The notes under the pieces: generated by a model | Database searches by the model: none | What the model was told of the DNA's origin: nothing | What the model saw: the letters and a program-made list of their open reading frames with translations, nothing else | Shown here: positions 9,152-18,698 of the stretch, one piece after another | How positions within the stretch are numbered: position 1 is the stretch's first letter | Layout: the number at the start of each line of letters is the position of its first letter | Virus record (IMG/VR): IMGVR_UViG_3300005573_000662 | Coordinates: 1-27,216 of that record | Strand: one strand, 5' to 3' | Length of the DNA: 27,216 bases | Source of the DNA: a virus | Lineage: Duplodnaviria; Caudoviricetes | Program-made: the position numbers and the translations under genes

Positions 9152-10750
9152 TTAAATTTCAGCAAAAAACACATATAAAATATTTTTATAATGATTATAA
9201 ACCAAATTACAAGAGTCTAAGTTATGAGTTAATAATTCTTTATCTATTAATAATGATAAAGGTATAATTTTCTCCCCATCCCAATATTTAATACCTGTAT
9301 TAGAAACCCATACAGGATTTTTATTTATATAAGTTACTCCATATGGATTAGTGCAACCTTCATATTCTGACATAACAATTGGAGTCATATTGGTTGGCGA
9401 TAAGCCTGCATATTTCCAATGTTTATATTTTTCAAAAATAAATAGACCGTTATCTATTGTTGCTAATGCCTTAATTGTTCCATTAAAGTCAAAATAATTA
9501 TATGCTTCATTATAAAAATGAGGATAAAATGGTTCTGTATAATATACTTTGTTAGGATTTTCTAAATTTCCTGACATATAAATTCTTTCATTATGAATTG
9601 TAAAAATTGATGTTTTAGGTATTTCTGCAAAATTTTCTGTCTTCAATGTTGTTCCTAAGCTTGCGTCAGAAGTAGTATCAGTATAAGTTGTTGTTCTATT
9701 TGTTATATCTGTAACTCTATAATAAGTAGAACCACCAACTACTGTTCTATAAATCCTTTTATGTGTTACTTGAGGGTCTGTGCTTTTGCCTATATTACTT
9801 AAAGATACGTTTTGGTTGCCTGAAGTAGTTGTAACTGAAACAAGGGGTGAAGGTGGAGATTCTACGCCATCAACTATATTGTAATATGTATATACATATT
9901 TATATGTTCCTATCCCTAAGCCAGAACCACTTACTGCGCTCGCCGTTGCAGCTCCTGTTGGAGCTTTAATTCCCCATTTCATTACCTTACAACAATTAAT
10001 ATGTTGATTATAAAGTAATTTTATTTCATTTATTAATGTTATTAATGTCGATAAATCAGAAGCATTAGCTGCTTCTATTTGATGATATGAATCCACCGTA
10101 TCGTGTATACCTGTTGCAATCCTATGGTTATTAAAATCAGATTTAATTTCATTAACCAAAATGATAGCAGAAGTCAAATCAGTTGCGTTTGAGCTGGTTA
10201 CACTATTTGAAGTATCGGCAACGTTGTGTTGACTTGTGCTTGCTATATGTATATTGTAATCAGATTTAATTTCATTAGCTAAAGAAATAGCAGAAGTCAA
10301 ATCAGTTGCATCTGCAGTAGTTATTTCTGCCCTATTTAGCCAATGTATAGGAGTTGGTATGATTACTTTATTTTCAGCAATTCCATCGCCCACATATATA
10401 TAATCATTATAGAAGGCATAACCCAATATGGAATCACTAAAAAAACTATCATATATCTTTCTATGCGTCCAGTTAACTATATCTAATTGATATAAATCAG
10501 TTTCATATTTAAAATATACTTCATAACTTCCGCTGTCTTTTTCTACACCAAACAATGAACTTGCCATTGATGTTCCTAAACTTGAAGAGAGTTTGTTAGT
10601 ATAGCCATCAACTCTTTCAACACTGCCATCAGTATTTATTATTACATTAGTTGCTATTGCGCATTCACCAGCGTTTAGACGTGTAATATCGTCTCTTAAA
10701 TTTAGCCCTAACAATATTGGCAATATTATTGTCGGATAATTAGATGGCAT
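9152..10750 (-). CDS. Tail nozzle / DNA stabilisation protein, N-terminal part, with inserted domains
   Basis: Follows the adaptor. N-terminal GLNLRDD...NVIINTDGSVERVDGY; propeller-like blades (HNERIYMSG...NKVYYTEP); FN3/Ig-like insert (YKYVYTY...ESPPS...RIYRT). Confidence 0.7.
   Translation of the reverse strand: MPSNYPTIILPILLGLNLRDDITRLNAGECAIATNVIINTDGSVERVDGYTNKLSSSLGTSMASSLFGVEKDSGSYEVYFKYETDLYQLDIVNWTHRKIYDSFFSDSILGYAFYNDYIYVGDGIAENKVIIPTPIHWLNRAEITTADATDLTSAISLANEIKSDYNIHIASTSQHNVADTSNSVTSSNATDLTSAIILVNEIKSDFNNHRIATGIHDTVDSYHQIEAANASDLSTLITLINEIKLLYNQHINCCKVMKWGIKAPTGAATASAVSGSGLGIGTYKYVYTYYNIVDGVESPPSPLVSVTTTSGNQNVSLSNIGKSTDPQVTHKRIYRTVVGGSTYYRVTDITNRTTTYTDTTSDASLGTTLKTENFAEIPKTSIFTIHNERIYMSGNLENPNKVYYTEPFYPHFYNEAYNYFDFNGTIKALATIDNGLFIFEKYKHWKYAGLSPTNMTPIVMSEYEGCTNPYGVTYINKNPVWVSNTGIKYWDGEKIIPLSLLIDKELLTHNLDSCNLVYNHYKNILYVFFAEI
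9997..10322 (-). repeat. Intragenic His-containing repeat, 123 bp (41 aa) x about 2.6
   Basis: ATDLTSAIxLxNEIKSDxNxH twice plus ASDLSTLITLINEIKLLYNQH; gcagaagtcaaatcagttgc is repeated about 123 bp apart. Confidence 0.88.
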
Positions 10751-11403
10751 TAGTAATAATTCCTCTCTATTATTTGCATTGTGTTATTTTTATTAATATG
10801 CAATCTATATTTTTCTAAGTTTTCGAAATAAACATTCTTCCAATAATCCGCCTGTTTGTATTCATTTAAATAAGGGAATCCATATTTACTTACCACTCCA
10901 GCTATTATTAAATCTGGCAAAAAATAAACATAAGGCATATCAGGTGAATCTGTGTCGTTGACAAGGTCTGCTGGTTTTTTGAAATAATTGGAGATTGTTA
11001 ACGTTAAATCAGCCATTGGATAAACATATAAATAATTGCCTTCAATAGCTACATATGACGGATTTCCAGTTGTTGTTTCATCATGGTCATAATCGTAACT
11101 ATTTAATTCATCAACTGTAATTAATTCTATTTCTGTGTCATCTGATAAAACCTTTGTAAACCTTTTAGAGAATTTAAAATAATCGGTTATATTAGCAACA
11201 ATGTCATATTGATAATTATCTGTTGTTATTGTTATATCAGCATTTTTTAAATGATTTCTAATATCTATTTCAAGACATATATCTTTGATAATCCTATTAG
11301 CCCATGTTATTAATTTTTCATTAAGGCTACCGCCTGTTTCAAATACAGCATCATCTAATAATGTAATTATTTCGGTTTGGATTTCGCTCCATGTTTCACC
11401 CAT
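10750..11403 (-). CDS. Head-tail adaptor protein
   Basis: 217 aa with TWSEIQTEI...WANR N-terminus, GNPSY...LYVYP, and PADL...DSPDMP followed by a C-terminal helix, as in podovirus adaptors. Lies just before the nozzle. Confidence 0.75.
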   Translation of the reverse strand: MGETWSEIQTEIITLLDDAVFETGGSLNEKLITWANRIIKDICLEIDIRNHLKNADITITTDNYQYDIVANITDYFKFSKRFTKVLSDDTEIELITVDELNSYDYDHDETTTGNPSYVAIEGNYLYVYPMADLTLTISNYFKKPADLVNDTDSPDMPYVYFLPDLIIAGVVSKYGFPYLNEYKQADYWKNVYFENLEKYRLHINKNNTMQIIERNYY

Positions 11404-13132
11404 TAATATCTCCTTTTATAAGTTTGTCTCCATCTATGTCTTCTTCGCTTGCGTGCTTAATAAGGCTGTCTCCATAAATATAAACATTCTTGATATTTCC
11501 AGCTTTTTGCGCATAGCTCATTAAAATGAAAAATTGTTGCATGAAAGATAAATATGATGCTGTTGTGAGAAACTTTTTGCCTTCTATAAATATTTCTATT
11601 TGATTATGGATACAACCTACGCCAGCAATCCCTTTTGCATAATTTCCGTTTGTAATATGGCAATCAAAGCCAAATATATGTAAATCTTTACTTCCTAAAA
11701 TAATTGCAAGAACAATAGCGCCTAAAGTTACAGAACCACCAGCATTAACAACTGTTGCATTTTTGTAACCATATTTATGCCAATACTCTTGTTGCGATAT
11801 GCCTTTTTGGGGCAAATTAAAGATATAAACATCTCTACCTTGCAACATTTCAAATGCGCTATTGTGTGCCTGCGATGCTAACAAAAATTTAGAATCTTTA
11901 TCAATTTCTTTAAATCCTTCGCATATATCATCGCAAGCGTCCATACAAACAACATAATTAGGCTTAATTCCATTTTTAATACACCATAAATTCATTCTTT
12001 CTATGGTTAAAACAACTGCGCCATTTGCCTGCATTTCTTTTATATACTGGATATAATTATCTACAGAAGGAGCGCCGCCTATAATAATAGCCTTTTTATC
12101 ATTTAATTCATTAAATAAATGGCTTATATCTTTATATCTGTAAGATAAGTTTTTATCTATATTATTTTTTCTTTCCTTGAAAGAAAATTTATTGAATGTA
12201 TTTATAAAAGGTAAAATAGGTTTTCGCTGAAAATAATTATTAAGAGTATTAAATATTCTTTTGTTTACATTAGATTTTGGTTGTTTTTCACCTGTATAAG
12301 CCCAAATACTATTTATATTCTCATCAAGATAATAGTCATCATAACCGCAACATTTCATCACATATGATAATGTGTCAGCAGTAAATTGCCATATATGAGC
12401 ATTTTGCCATATTAATTCTCTGTCAGAAGTTAGTAACCCAGGGACTGATACATATAATAAACCTTTTGGAGATAATAACTCATGCAAATCATTTAGAAAT
12501 TTCTCAATATCTATTATATGTTCTAAAACATGATTAAGTATAATTAAATCTGCTTTTTTATTAATTTGTTTTATTTGTTTTAAAGAACCAAGTATAACAT
12601 TGTGATGTTTTTTCTTTCCAAAATTAATACTGTTAATGTCATAATCTACTCCGTAACATTCGCAACCCATTTCCTTGAAACCTTCAAGCATTGCGCCATT
12701 ATTACAGCCAATATCAAATACTATCTTTGGGTTTATATCAAAATATTTGATAAATTCAGCTAAGGATTGCCCTTCTATTGTTTTTTGAATATAGATTTTC
12801 TCTTCGTCAATGTTTTGTGTTTTATATTCAAAAACATCATAAATATCCCTATAATCCTTTTGATAAAATTTTATTAATGAATCATTAGAAAGGCACGGGT
12901 TAGCTCTAATAATGCCGCAATTTTTACAAACAACCATTCTATGCGGAATAGTGAATCTATCATATTTTCTTACTTCTATGTCATCGTCTTTATTTCCACA
13001 AAAACAGGGGTTGGACGTGAGCAAATATTCGCCCTCATGCAATTTTTGTTTAAATGCATAAATTCTTTCCAGCAATAGTTTATGGGGAGCTAAATCAGCT
13101 CCCCATTCTTGTTTAGTTAAACTGTTGGGCAT
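11396..13132 (-). CDS. Class I SAM methyltransferase fused to a Maf/DUF115 (MptE-like) putative nonulosonic acid transferase domain
   Basis: N-terminal CxC...CxxC, VFDIGCNNG SAM motif, LNHVLEH. C-terminal AIIIGGAPSV, GIKPNYVVCMD, LLASQAH, GGSVTLGAIVLAIILGSKDLHIFGFD, the pattern of DUF115/Maf domains. Confidence 0.82.
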   Translation of the reverse strand: MPNSLTKQEWGADLAPHKLLLERIYAFKQKLHEGEYLLTSNPCFCGNKDDDIEVRKYDRFTIPHRMVVCKNCGIIRANPCLSNDSLIKFYQKDYRDIYDVFEYKTQNIDEEKIYIQKTIEGQSLAEFIKYFDINPKIVFDIGCNNGAMLEGFKEMGCECYGVDYDINSINFGKKKHHNVILGSLKQIKQINKKADLIILNHVLEHIIDIEKFLNDLHELLSPKGLLYVSVPGLLTSDRELIWQNAHIWQFTADTLSYVMKCCGYDDYYLDENINSIWAYTGEKQPKSNVNKRIFNTLNNYFQRKPILPFINTFNKFSFKERKNNIDKNLSYRYKDISHLFNELNDKKAIIIGGAPSVDNYIQYIKEMQANGAVVLTIERMNLWCIKNGIKPNYVVCMDACDDICEGFKEIDKDSKFLLASQAHNSAFEMLQGRDVYIFNLPQKGISQQEYWHKYGYKNATVVNAGGSVTLGAIVLAIILGSKDLHIFGFDCHITNGNYAKGIAGVGCIHNQIEIFIEGKKFLTTASYLSFMQQFFILMSYAQKAGNIKNVYIYGDSLIKHASEEDIDGDKLIKGDING

Positions 13133-13887
13133 AATTCATAAGAAATATAAAGGTAACCATCTCCAGTACCGCCTGAGTTAGTAGCTGCTACCATATAAAT
13201 AAGTGATGTCGCCGCAGTTACTAAATAGGATTTGTTAATATAGTAACCTTTATCTCCGCCTGCAGTGGCGGTTGTCAATCCAGCAGACCATTCGCAGAGT
13301 AATGTTCCTTTAATCTGTGAAGATGAGATATAGTTTGCGCTTCCTGTCGCATTTGCTACAACAGGGGCTTCATATACTTTAAATCCTGTGCTTGTGGTTG
13401 TTGCACTTGAAAGAAAATATGTAGCGCCACTTAGCCCCACAGTTAACCCATTTGCAGTTGAAGCAGTTGTTACATGAAGATATACATCTTTGATTTTCAT
13501 ACCAGCTATTAAATCTAATCCTGTATCAACTATTGCGCCACATGCTGTATTCATATTGTATGGCACAATCAATTTGTGGTCATCTTCTTCTGTATTGACA
13601 TCAAGTCTATGCTGTGATGTTGTTACTGAATCAAGAAAATATGCCTTCCCACTTGAAGTAAGAACAGTTATATCTACAGATGTAACGCTAATATCAGTGA
13701 AAAATCTTATTCTTCCATCAAGCATAGTTAATGGGTTACTAAGAGAAGCGCCCTTATCGTTAGCATAAATTGTTAATTTTGATGGTGACCCTGCTGCCAT
13801 TACAATAGCAAGTCCGCTATCATCATCTATGGGTTTTTTTGTCCTGAAATTAACTAATTGTATATCCCATTCTTTGTAATTTACCAT
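13117..13887 (-). CDS. Ser/Thr/Gly-rich virion structural protein (possible head decoration)
   Basis: 256 aa, beta-rich, two genes downstream of the capsid; GGAGG RBS. Confidence 0.65.
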   Translation of the reverse strand: MVNYKEWDIQLVNFRTKKPIDDDSGLAIVMAAGSPSKLTIYANDKGASLSNPLTMLDGRIRFFTDISVTSVDITVLTSSGKAYFLDSVTTSQHRLDVNTEEDDHKLIVPYNMNTACGAIVDTGLDLIAGMKIKDVYLHVTTASTANGLTVGLSGATYFLSSATTTSTGFKVYEAPVVANATGSANYISSSQIKGTLLCEWSAGLTTATAGGDKGYYINKSYLVTAATSLIYMVAATNSGGTGDGYLYISYELCPTV

Positions 13888-13899
13888 TATTTTTCCCTC

Positions 13900-14166
13900 C
13901 TATCCTTTGATTTTCCCAAATGCTATATACATGCAGGTTTCACCACTTCCAACTGTTGCAGTAAAACTGTTTCCTGAAGTTGTTGCCACATAACCTGCTG
14001 TAGCAGTACTTGTTGATAATACTAATGCGCCATATACTATTGAGAATTGCGGTATTGTAACTGATAATGTTGTTCCTGAAGCTGTCGCAATCCCAAAGGC
14101 TATTGGCGCAAATTGCCCAACTACTTCACAAATCTTTGGAGATAATGAATCAATTTGTAGTGCCAT
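13900..14166 (-). CDS. Small Ser/Thr-rich structural protein (possible capsid cement or decoration)
   Basis: 88 aa with 22 Ser+Thr by hand count; directly after the capsid gene; AGGAGG RBS. Confidence 0.7.
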   Translation of the reverse strand: MALQIDSLSPKICEVVGQFAPIAFGIATASGTTLSVTIPQFSIVYGALVLSTSTATAGYVATTSGNSFTATVGSGETCMYIAFGKIKG

Positions 14167-14177
14167 ATTTAGCCTCC

Positions 14178-15236
14178 TTAATCAGCTACTGCTGCTGTGT
14201 AAACGTGGATAATCCCCTGGTCTTCTGCAGTCTGCCCATCTGTTCTTGTGAAGTAAAGTTTATCAACCCCTCTAATTTCATGGGTTTCATAACTTACATC
14301 ATGTCCTAAATCCGAGTATTCTTCGTTAAATACTGACCTCTGACCCCAAACAACTGCTCCTGCCTGCGCTCCTAACAATAGATTATGAGCGCACTGTACA
14401 GAATTTGTGTTTGTTTCTAAAACTATATCTTCGTACTCATAAATTAAAACACCATTCCAAGAACCTTTGAATGCGCTACCTGAGAAAAGAATAGAATTTT
14501 TATTGGTATTAACGGGGAGAAGTAATTGAGCGTTTCTAAATGCCGCATCGTTATTTACCAAATCTCTGATAGCGTATGTATGTCCAACAAAGATATACCA
14601 TTCTTCTTTGTCTTTGCCAGTAACCACCTTCATCGGTCTTATTTTCTGGACAGAATTTGTTGCAAGAGTAGCCATTCTTTTGGCAATATCGATTACGTTT
14701 GTAGTTAATTGGTCATTGGTATTGTCAATATTTGCTAAAGCTGTGGCATGAGTTGCGCTATAATTTGATGTTGTAGCACCATATAAATGTCTTCCAGCGC
14801 CCCTTGCAGTCGAATCACAAAGCTGAATTGTTATTTCATTATCTAAATCCTTTGATGCCTTATCTTGTAGTGCCTCTTTTGCCTGTTGTAGAACATTAAA
14901 AGTTACCCTTTTTTGAGACATCGGAATGTCCTCAATTTTGATAACATGTCTTACATTATCAACTGTAATTGCCTGATAATGAAAATACACTGTTCCTTCA
15001 TTATCCTTAGCTTTTGCATTGCCTGTTACTTTACCGCCAATCATCTGACCTCTTAATGGTATTCTGATTGTATCGCCTGGATTCTTGGTTAAATCTTCCA
15101 TTACCTGAATAACAGAATTAGAAGATGTTCCCATCCAGGGTTTCCAAAATGTCTGTCCAATATATTCTGTAAATACTTGGTCATTCCACTGGGTTACTGT
15201 AAGCCCATTGTTATTTAATATTTCAACGTATGACAA
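14178..15236 (-). CDS. Major capsid protein, N4-gp56/DUF4043-like
   Basis: 352 aa with DLTKNPGDTIRIPL, KIRPMKV, GSWNGVLIYE, LLLGAQAG and DQGIIHVYTAA motifs; AGGAGGT RBS; follows the scaffold. Confidence 0.9.
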   Translation of the reverse strand: MSYVEILNNNGLTVTQWNDQVFTEYIGQTFWKPWMGTSSNSVIQVMEDLTKNPGDTIRIPLRGQMIGGKVTGNAKAKDNEGTVYFHYQAITVDNVRHVIKIEDIPMSQKRVTFNVLQQAKEALQDKASKDLDNEITIQLCDSTARGAGRHLYGATTSNYSATHATALANIDNTNDQLTTNVIDIAKRMATLATNSVQKIRPMKVVTGKDKEEWYIFVGHTYAIRDLVNNDAAFRNAQLLLPVNTNKNSILFSGSAFKGSWNGVLIYEYEDIVLETNTNSVQCAHNLLLGAQAGAVVWGQRSVFNEEYSDLGHDVSYETHEIRGVDKLYFTRTDGQTAEDQGIIHVYTAAVAD

Positions 15237-15249
15237 TTTTTACCTCCTT

Positions 15250-16149
15250 TTAACTTCCGAAAATTTCAGCTAATGGCGTATATTCTCTTTTATTGTTTTG
15301 AGCTCCAACCACAGCGCTCCTTGCTTCTGAAATACCATTAACTTGATTTTCTTTTAAGTTTAATTTTTCCATTAGCTTTTTCGTTACTTTGTCTTCAAGT
15401 TCCTTTTCAACAGCCTTCCTGATATTCTGCTCAATTTCATGAGGAGTTTTACCCCATTTTGCCATAAATGCATATTCATTAACAATTTTCATTGCTTCAA
15501 TAACAGGAGAGGGAGAAGCCATAACCCTTGCTTTAACATGTGGTAAATGTTCAATATGTTTAAATGGAGCATTCTCATTCCATAACATAGCTGCAACAAT
15601 CTGCTCGCCTTTTTGTATATCTCCGCCACCGAAGATTTCAAATGCGGCAAGCCTTGAAGCATTTATTCGCCCTGCCATTTCTGCATTAGAAGCCACTTCA
15701 TTAACATCAATCTTAGGCTCATCAACTTCAGGATCATATGTACCATCAAGTTTTTTAGCAAGAATCTCCATTTGCTTTTGCATTTGTAAGTTCTGCATAT
15801 GAACTTGATTAGCCCATTTAAACACATCATGGTAACGTTTCTTGTAAGGGTTATTAATATCATCCCAATTAAGTTCAGCAGTTTTCTGGTTATCATCTTG
15901 TTGTGTTTTTTCTTGAGCATCAGCGTCTTGTTGAACATTATCCTGTTTTGTTTCTTTTCCTTGAGCATCGGCATCTTGCTGAATATTATCCTGTTGCGTA
16001 TTTTGCTTAAGTTCGCCAGAGTCAGCATCTCCATTACTTTCTGCGGTTTTATCCGCAGAGTCAGCATTTTGATTGCTTTCTGCGCTCCCTTTAGCTAAAA
16101 ATTCCGCTAACCCTAATCCTGTGTCTTGTCCTTCCATTAAGACCTCCAT
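15250..16149 (-). CDS. Capsid scaffolding protein
   Basis: Between portal and capsid; acidic, disordered, Q/D-rich N-terminus, then YKKRYHD and coiled coil. The true start may be the ATG at 16137, which has a GGAGG upstream. Confidence 0.8.
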   Translation of the reverse strand: MEVLMEGQDTGLGLAEFLAKGSAESNQNADSADKTAESNGDADSGELKQNTQQDNIQQDADAQGKETKQDNVQQDADAQEKTQQDDNQKTAELNWDDINNPYKKRYHDVFKWANQVHMQNLQMQKQMEILAKKLDGTYDPEVDEPKIDVNEVASNAEMAGRINASRLAAFEIFGGGDIQKGEQIVAAMLWNENAPFKHIEHLPHVKARVMASPSPVIEAMKIVNEYAFMAKWGKTPHEIEQNIRKAVEKELEDKVTKKLMEKLNLKENQVNGISEARSAVVGAQNNKREYTPLAEIFGS

Positions 16150-16218
16150 TAATTTTTACCTTCCCTTACGGGAGTCGGTTATTAAACTCATTCCTTTTAT
16201 AAGGAGTTTGAGTAATTT

Positions 16219-16425
16219 CTATTTTTTCCATGTATTATTAACAAAAAAATATTTTGTATTTTTAACACTAATTTTTCTTACCTTTTTTTTGTAATCATCT
16301 TCAAGGTTCACAACTTCATTTGTATGGATATTTAAGTCATTTGCTTTGAATATATTTTCCATATTTTGAGTAATAGTTTTATTGTCATTAATAAGTTCAT
16401 GCGGTATTACTATTTCTTTAGGCAT
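16219..16425 (-). CDS. Small hypothetical protein (68 aa)
   Basis: Start moved from the ORF track to MPKEIVIP at 16425, 6 nt after GGAGGAG and overlapping the portal stop. Confidence 0.7.
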   Translation of the reverse strand: MPKEIVIPHELINDNKTITQNMENIFKANDLNIHTNEVVNLEDDYKKKVRKISVKNTKYFFVNNTWKK

Positions 16426-18622
16426 TTTCATCTCCTCCGCCCTGGAACATTTTTGAATTTTGTATAGCTTCCCAAATCGCTTGCTGGTCATTCATTTGTT
16501 TGTTTTGTAAATTCTGCTGGAATTCTTGTTGCTTTTGTCTCATTTTTAATTCATGAGCTTCTTGCTTTTGTTTTATATCCTGTAAATGTTTTAATCTTTC
16601 CAAATCCAGCATCTCAGGAGTTATTTGCTGTTTTTGTAATATTGCTTTTTGTATATCAGTTTGCCCTTTAATTTGTGTTTTTTGTAATCCTTCTTTAGCT
16701 TTAGTAACAAATGACGGGTCTGATTGTATTTGTATTTCCATTTGTGCCAAATCAGTTCTACCGAACATCTCAGCAAACGCTGCCTTTTCATGTGGATACA
16801 GGGAATCCCAATTAATATTTAAACTCATTTTAGGCAAAATAGGTGATGGCTGCATCATTTGGTCAAACTTGGCTAAAATTTCATTTTTATTACGAATACT
16901 TGATAGCTGAATTATCAATGGGAATATTGACATTGCTAATTGCGGTGGTAAATTAAATGATTGTATTAATTGTGTAATTGTCTGGAATTGTTCCTCCTGA
17001 ACAGTAGATATATCAGGCATTTCCTCAATTATTACATCATAAATACTTTCCTTAAGATTCTGAATATGCTGTTGCGTCCAAGCAAACTGTTTTGCTCTTT
17101 GAGTATCATCAAGAATATAATAAACTTTTTCTTCTGTATAATATTGTTTAATAAGCTCATAAATATGTTTACCTAAAAGTAATCTTGTTCTTCTCAAATT
17201 TTCAAATATTGGGGTAATCGGCATGTCAATAGCTGCTTGTTTTCTTGCTAAACCAATCCCAGAGCGGATTTCCTCAGATGGCACTGGTTCTGTAGGGACT
17301 CCTGCTATTCTATCTATTGCGCTTTTAGATTCCGCAAGAAGATTCATCTGCGTTTGCGCTAAATCTATATTTTTAATTATCTCAACTTTTTCTTTATTTC
17401 TAACCTTTAAAATACCATCAGGTTTAGCCATTTCAATCCTGAAATCATCTTCATCTCTAATGTTATTTTCCTCAGTAATAACCTGATTTGTCATAAGTAA
17501 ATGTAATGCTTTAGAACGTCTTTTGTTTATTTCTGTCTGCGGGTCTATAAGCATTCTAACTACACCATAAGGTTCACCATTCTTCTTGCGATATACATAA
17601 TAAGGAATCAAGAAAAAAGATTTATAATCATGTGGTAAATTTTTAGGTTCACTTAATAAGACCTCACCGCAGAATACAACAACTTTTATATTATCTATTG
17701 TTTTTTCATGAATTTTACTGTAGGGATATTGTTTTTGCAGCCTTCTAATATAACTTTCTGATTTATCTGTTATATCTATAATATTTATTAATTCACTTAT
17801 ATCATTGTTTATATTGTTAGGTGTTTGAGGTTGCTCCAATTCTTGAGCAGTATTTTGATTTAATCCTGTAACAAGCAAGAATTTCTTTTTAATTTTTTCT
17901 TTGTATCTTATTTCTACAAGTCTTAGCCTTTGGTTTTTAGAATCCACATAATAATCATTTCTTAATTTATCTATGCTACTTAAATTCCCATATGTGCTAA
18001 CGCTTGTAAAATAAGAGTTTATTTCTAATTCTTTATCAGGATATAAACTTTTAGCTTCATCAACATTTACCCATTTAGCTATACAAATATATTGAGCATC
18101 TGATAAATCATATTTTTTACTATAAGGGTCGGGGTAAATGTCTAAGTTGTCAAGAGCTTTAATTTTGATTTCAGGCGTAAACATTTCGTCAAATTCAATT
18201 GACAATTCCAACCAACCAACACCGCTAACAATACCATCTTCAAATAATTTATCTTCTTCAAATTCATATTGGTTTCTTTGTAATACATGCAGGGTTAAAT
18301 CCGAAAGGGTATTAGCAACAGGCTCATCTTGAGCAAGATTTCTGCCTTTAAATATTATCTTGGTTTTTTGTTTTTTGTATTTGCCTTTTAATGCATTGAT
18401 TTTATAGAAAATTTCATTTTCTATTATATCGGGCTGTCCACGCTTTTTAAGTTCACTTAATTCATCGTTTGTCCATTGCTTACCTTCATAAAACTCAAAA
18501 TCTCTGACTGCGTGGAGTATCCAATCTTTAGTGGTAGGATGCTCTATCGCTGATTTAAAATATTTGTCTAATTTGCTTATTATTTCATACTTAGTATCCT
18601 TGTTTTGTTCTACTTTTGACAT
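16418..18622 (-). CDS. Portal protein, P22-like
   Basis: 734 aa with DFEFYEGKQW...RGQP...N, GVGW, PYGVVRMLIDPQTEINKRRSK and YDVII motifs, and a Q-rich C-terminal barrel helix. Confidence 0.92.
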   Translation of the reverse strand: MSKVEQNKDTKYEIISKLDKYFKSAIEHPTTKDWILHAVRDFEFYEGKQWTNDELSELKKRGQPDIIENEIFYKINALKGKYKKQKTKIIFKGRNLAQDEPVANTLSDLTLHVLQRNQYEFEEDKLFEDGIVSGVGWLELSIEFDEMFTPEIKIKALDNLDIYPDPYSKKYDLSDAQYICIAKWVNVDEAKSLYPDKELEINSYFTSVSTYGNLSSIDKLRNDYYVDSKNQRLRLVEIRYKEKIKKKFLLVTGLNQNTAQELEQPQTPNNINNDISELINIIDITDKSESYIRRLQKQYPYSKIHEKTIDNIKVVVFCGEVLLSEPKNLPHDYKSFFLIPYYVYRKKNGEPYGVVRMLIDPQTEINKRRSKALHLLMTNQVITEENNIRDEDDFRIEMAKPDGILKVRNKEKVEIIKNIDLAQTQMNLLAESKSAIDRIAGVPTEPVPSEEIRSGIGLARKQAAIDMPITPIFENLRRTRLLLGKHIYELIKQYYTEEKVYYILDDTQRAKQFAWTQQHIQNLKESIYDVIIEEMPDISTVQEEQFQTITQLIQSFNLPPQLAMSIFPLIIQLSSIRNKNEILAKFDQMMQPSPILPKMSLNINWDSLYPHEKAAFAEMFGRTDLAQMEIQIQSDPSFVTKAKEGLQKTQIKGQTDIQKAILQKQQITPEMLDLERLKHLQDIKQKQEAHELKMRQKQQEFQQNLQNKQMNDQQAIWEAIQNSKMFQGGGDENA

Positions 18623-18652
18623 ATCATTCCTTTATAACTTATTCTTATTTAA

Positions 18653-18681
18653 AAAATAAGTTATAATTATGATATTGTCAA
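18653..18681 (-). promoter_or_regulatory. Sigma70-like promoter upstream of the portal gene
   Basis: Minus strand TTGACA-N17-TATTTT in the 76-bp gap before the portal start. Confidence 0.6.
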
Positions 18682-18698
18682 TAGTCTTTTATTTTAGT

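Noticed and set aside
15890-16000. QQDNxQQDADAQ duplication in the scaffold N-terminus
   Set aside because: Real, but ordinary low-complexity variation in a disordered scaffold region.
15663-16067. Alternative-frame minus ORFs (15663..16067, 2722..2910, 26701..26886)
   Set aside because: Nested in scaffold, ejection protein and terS respectively, with no independent support.
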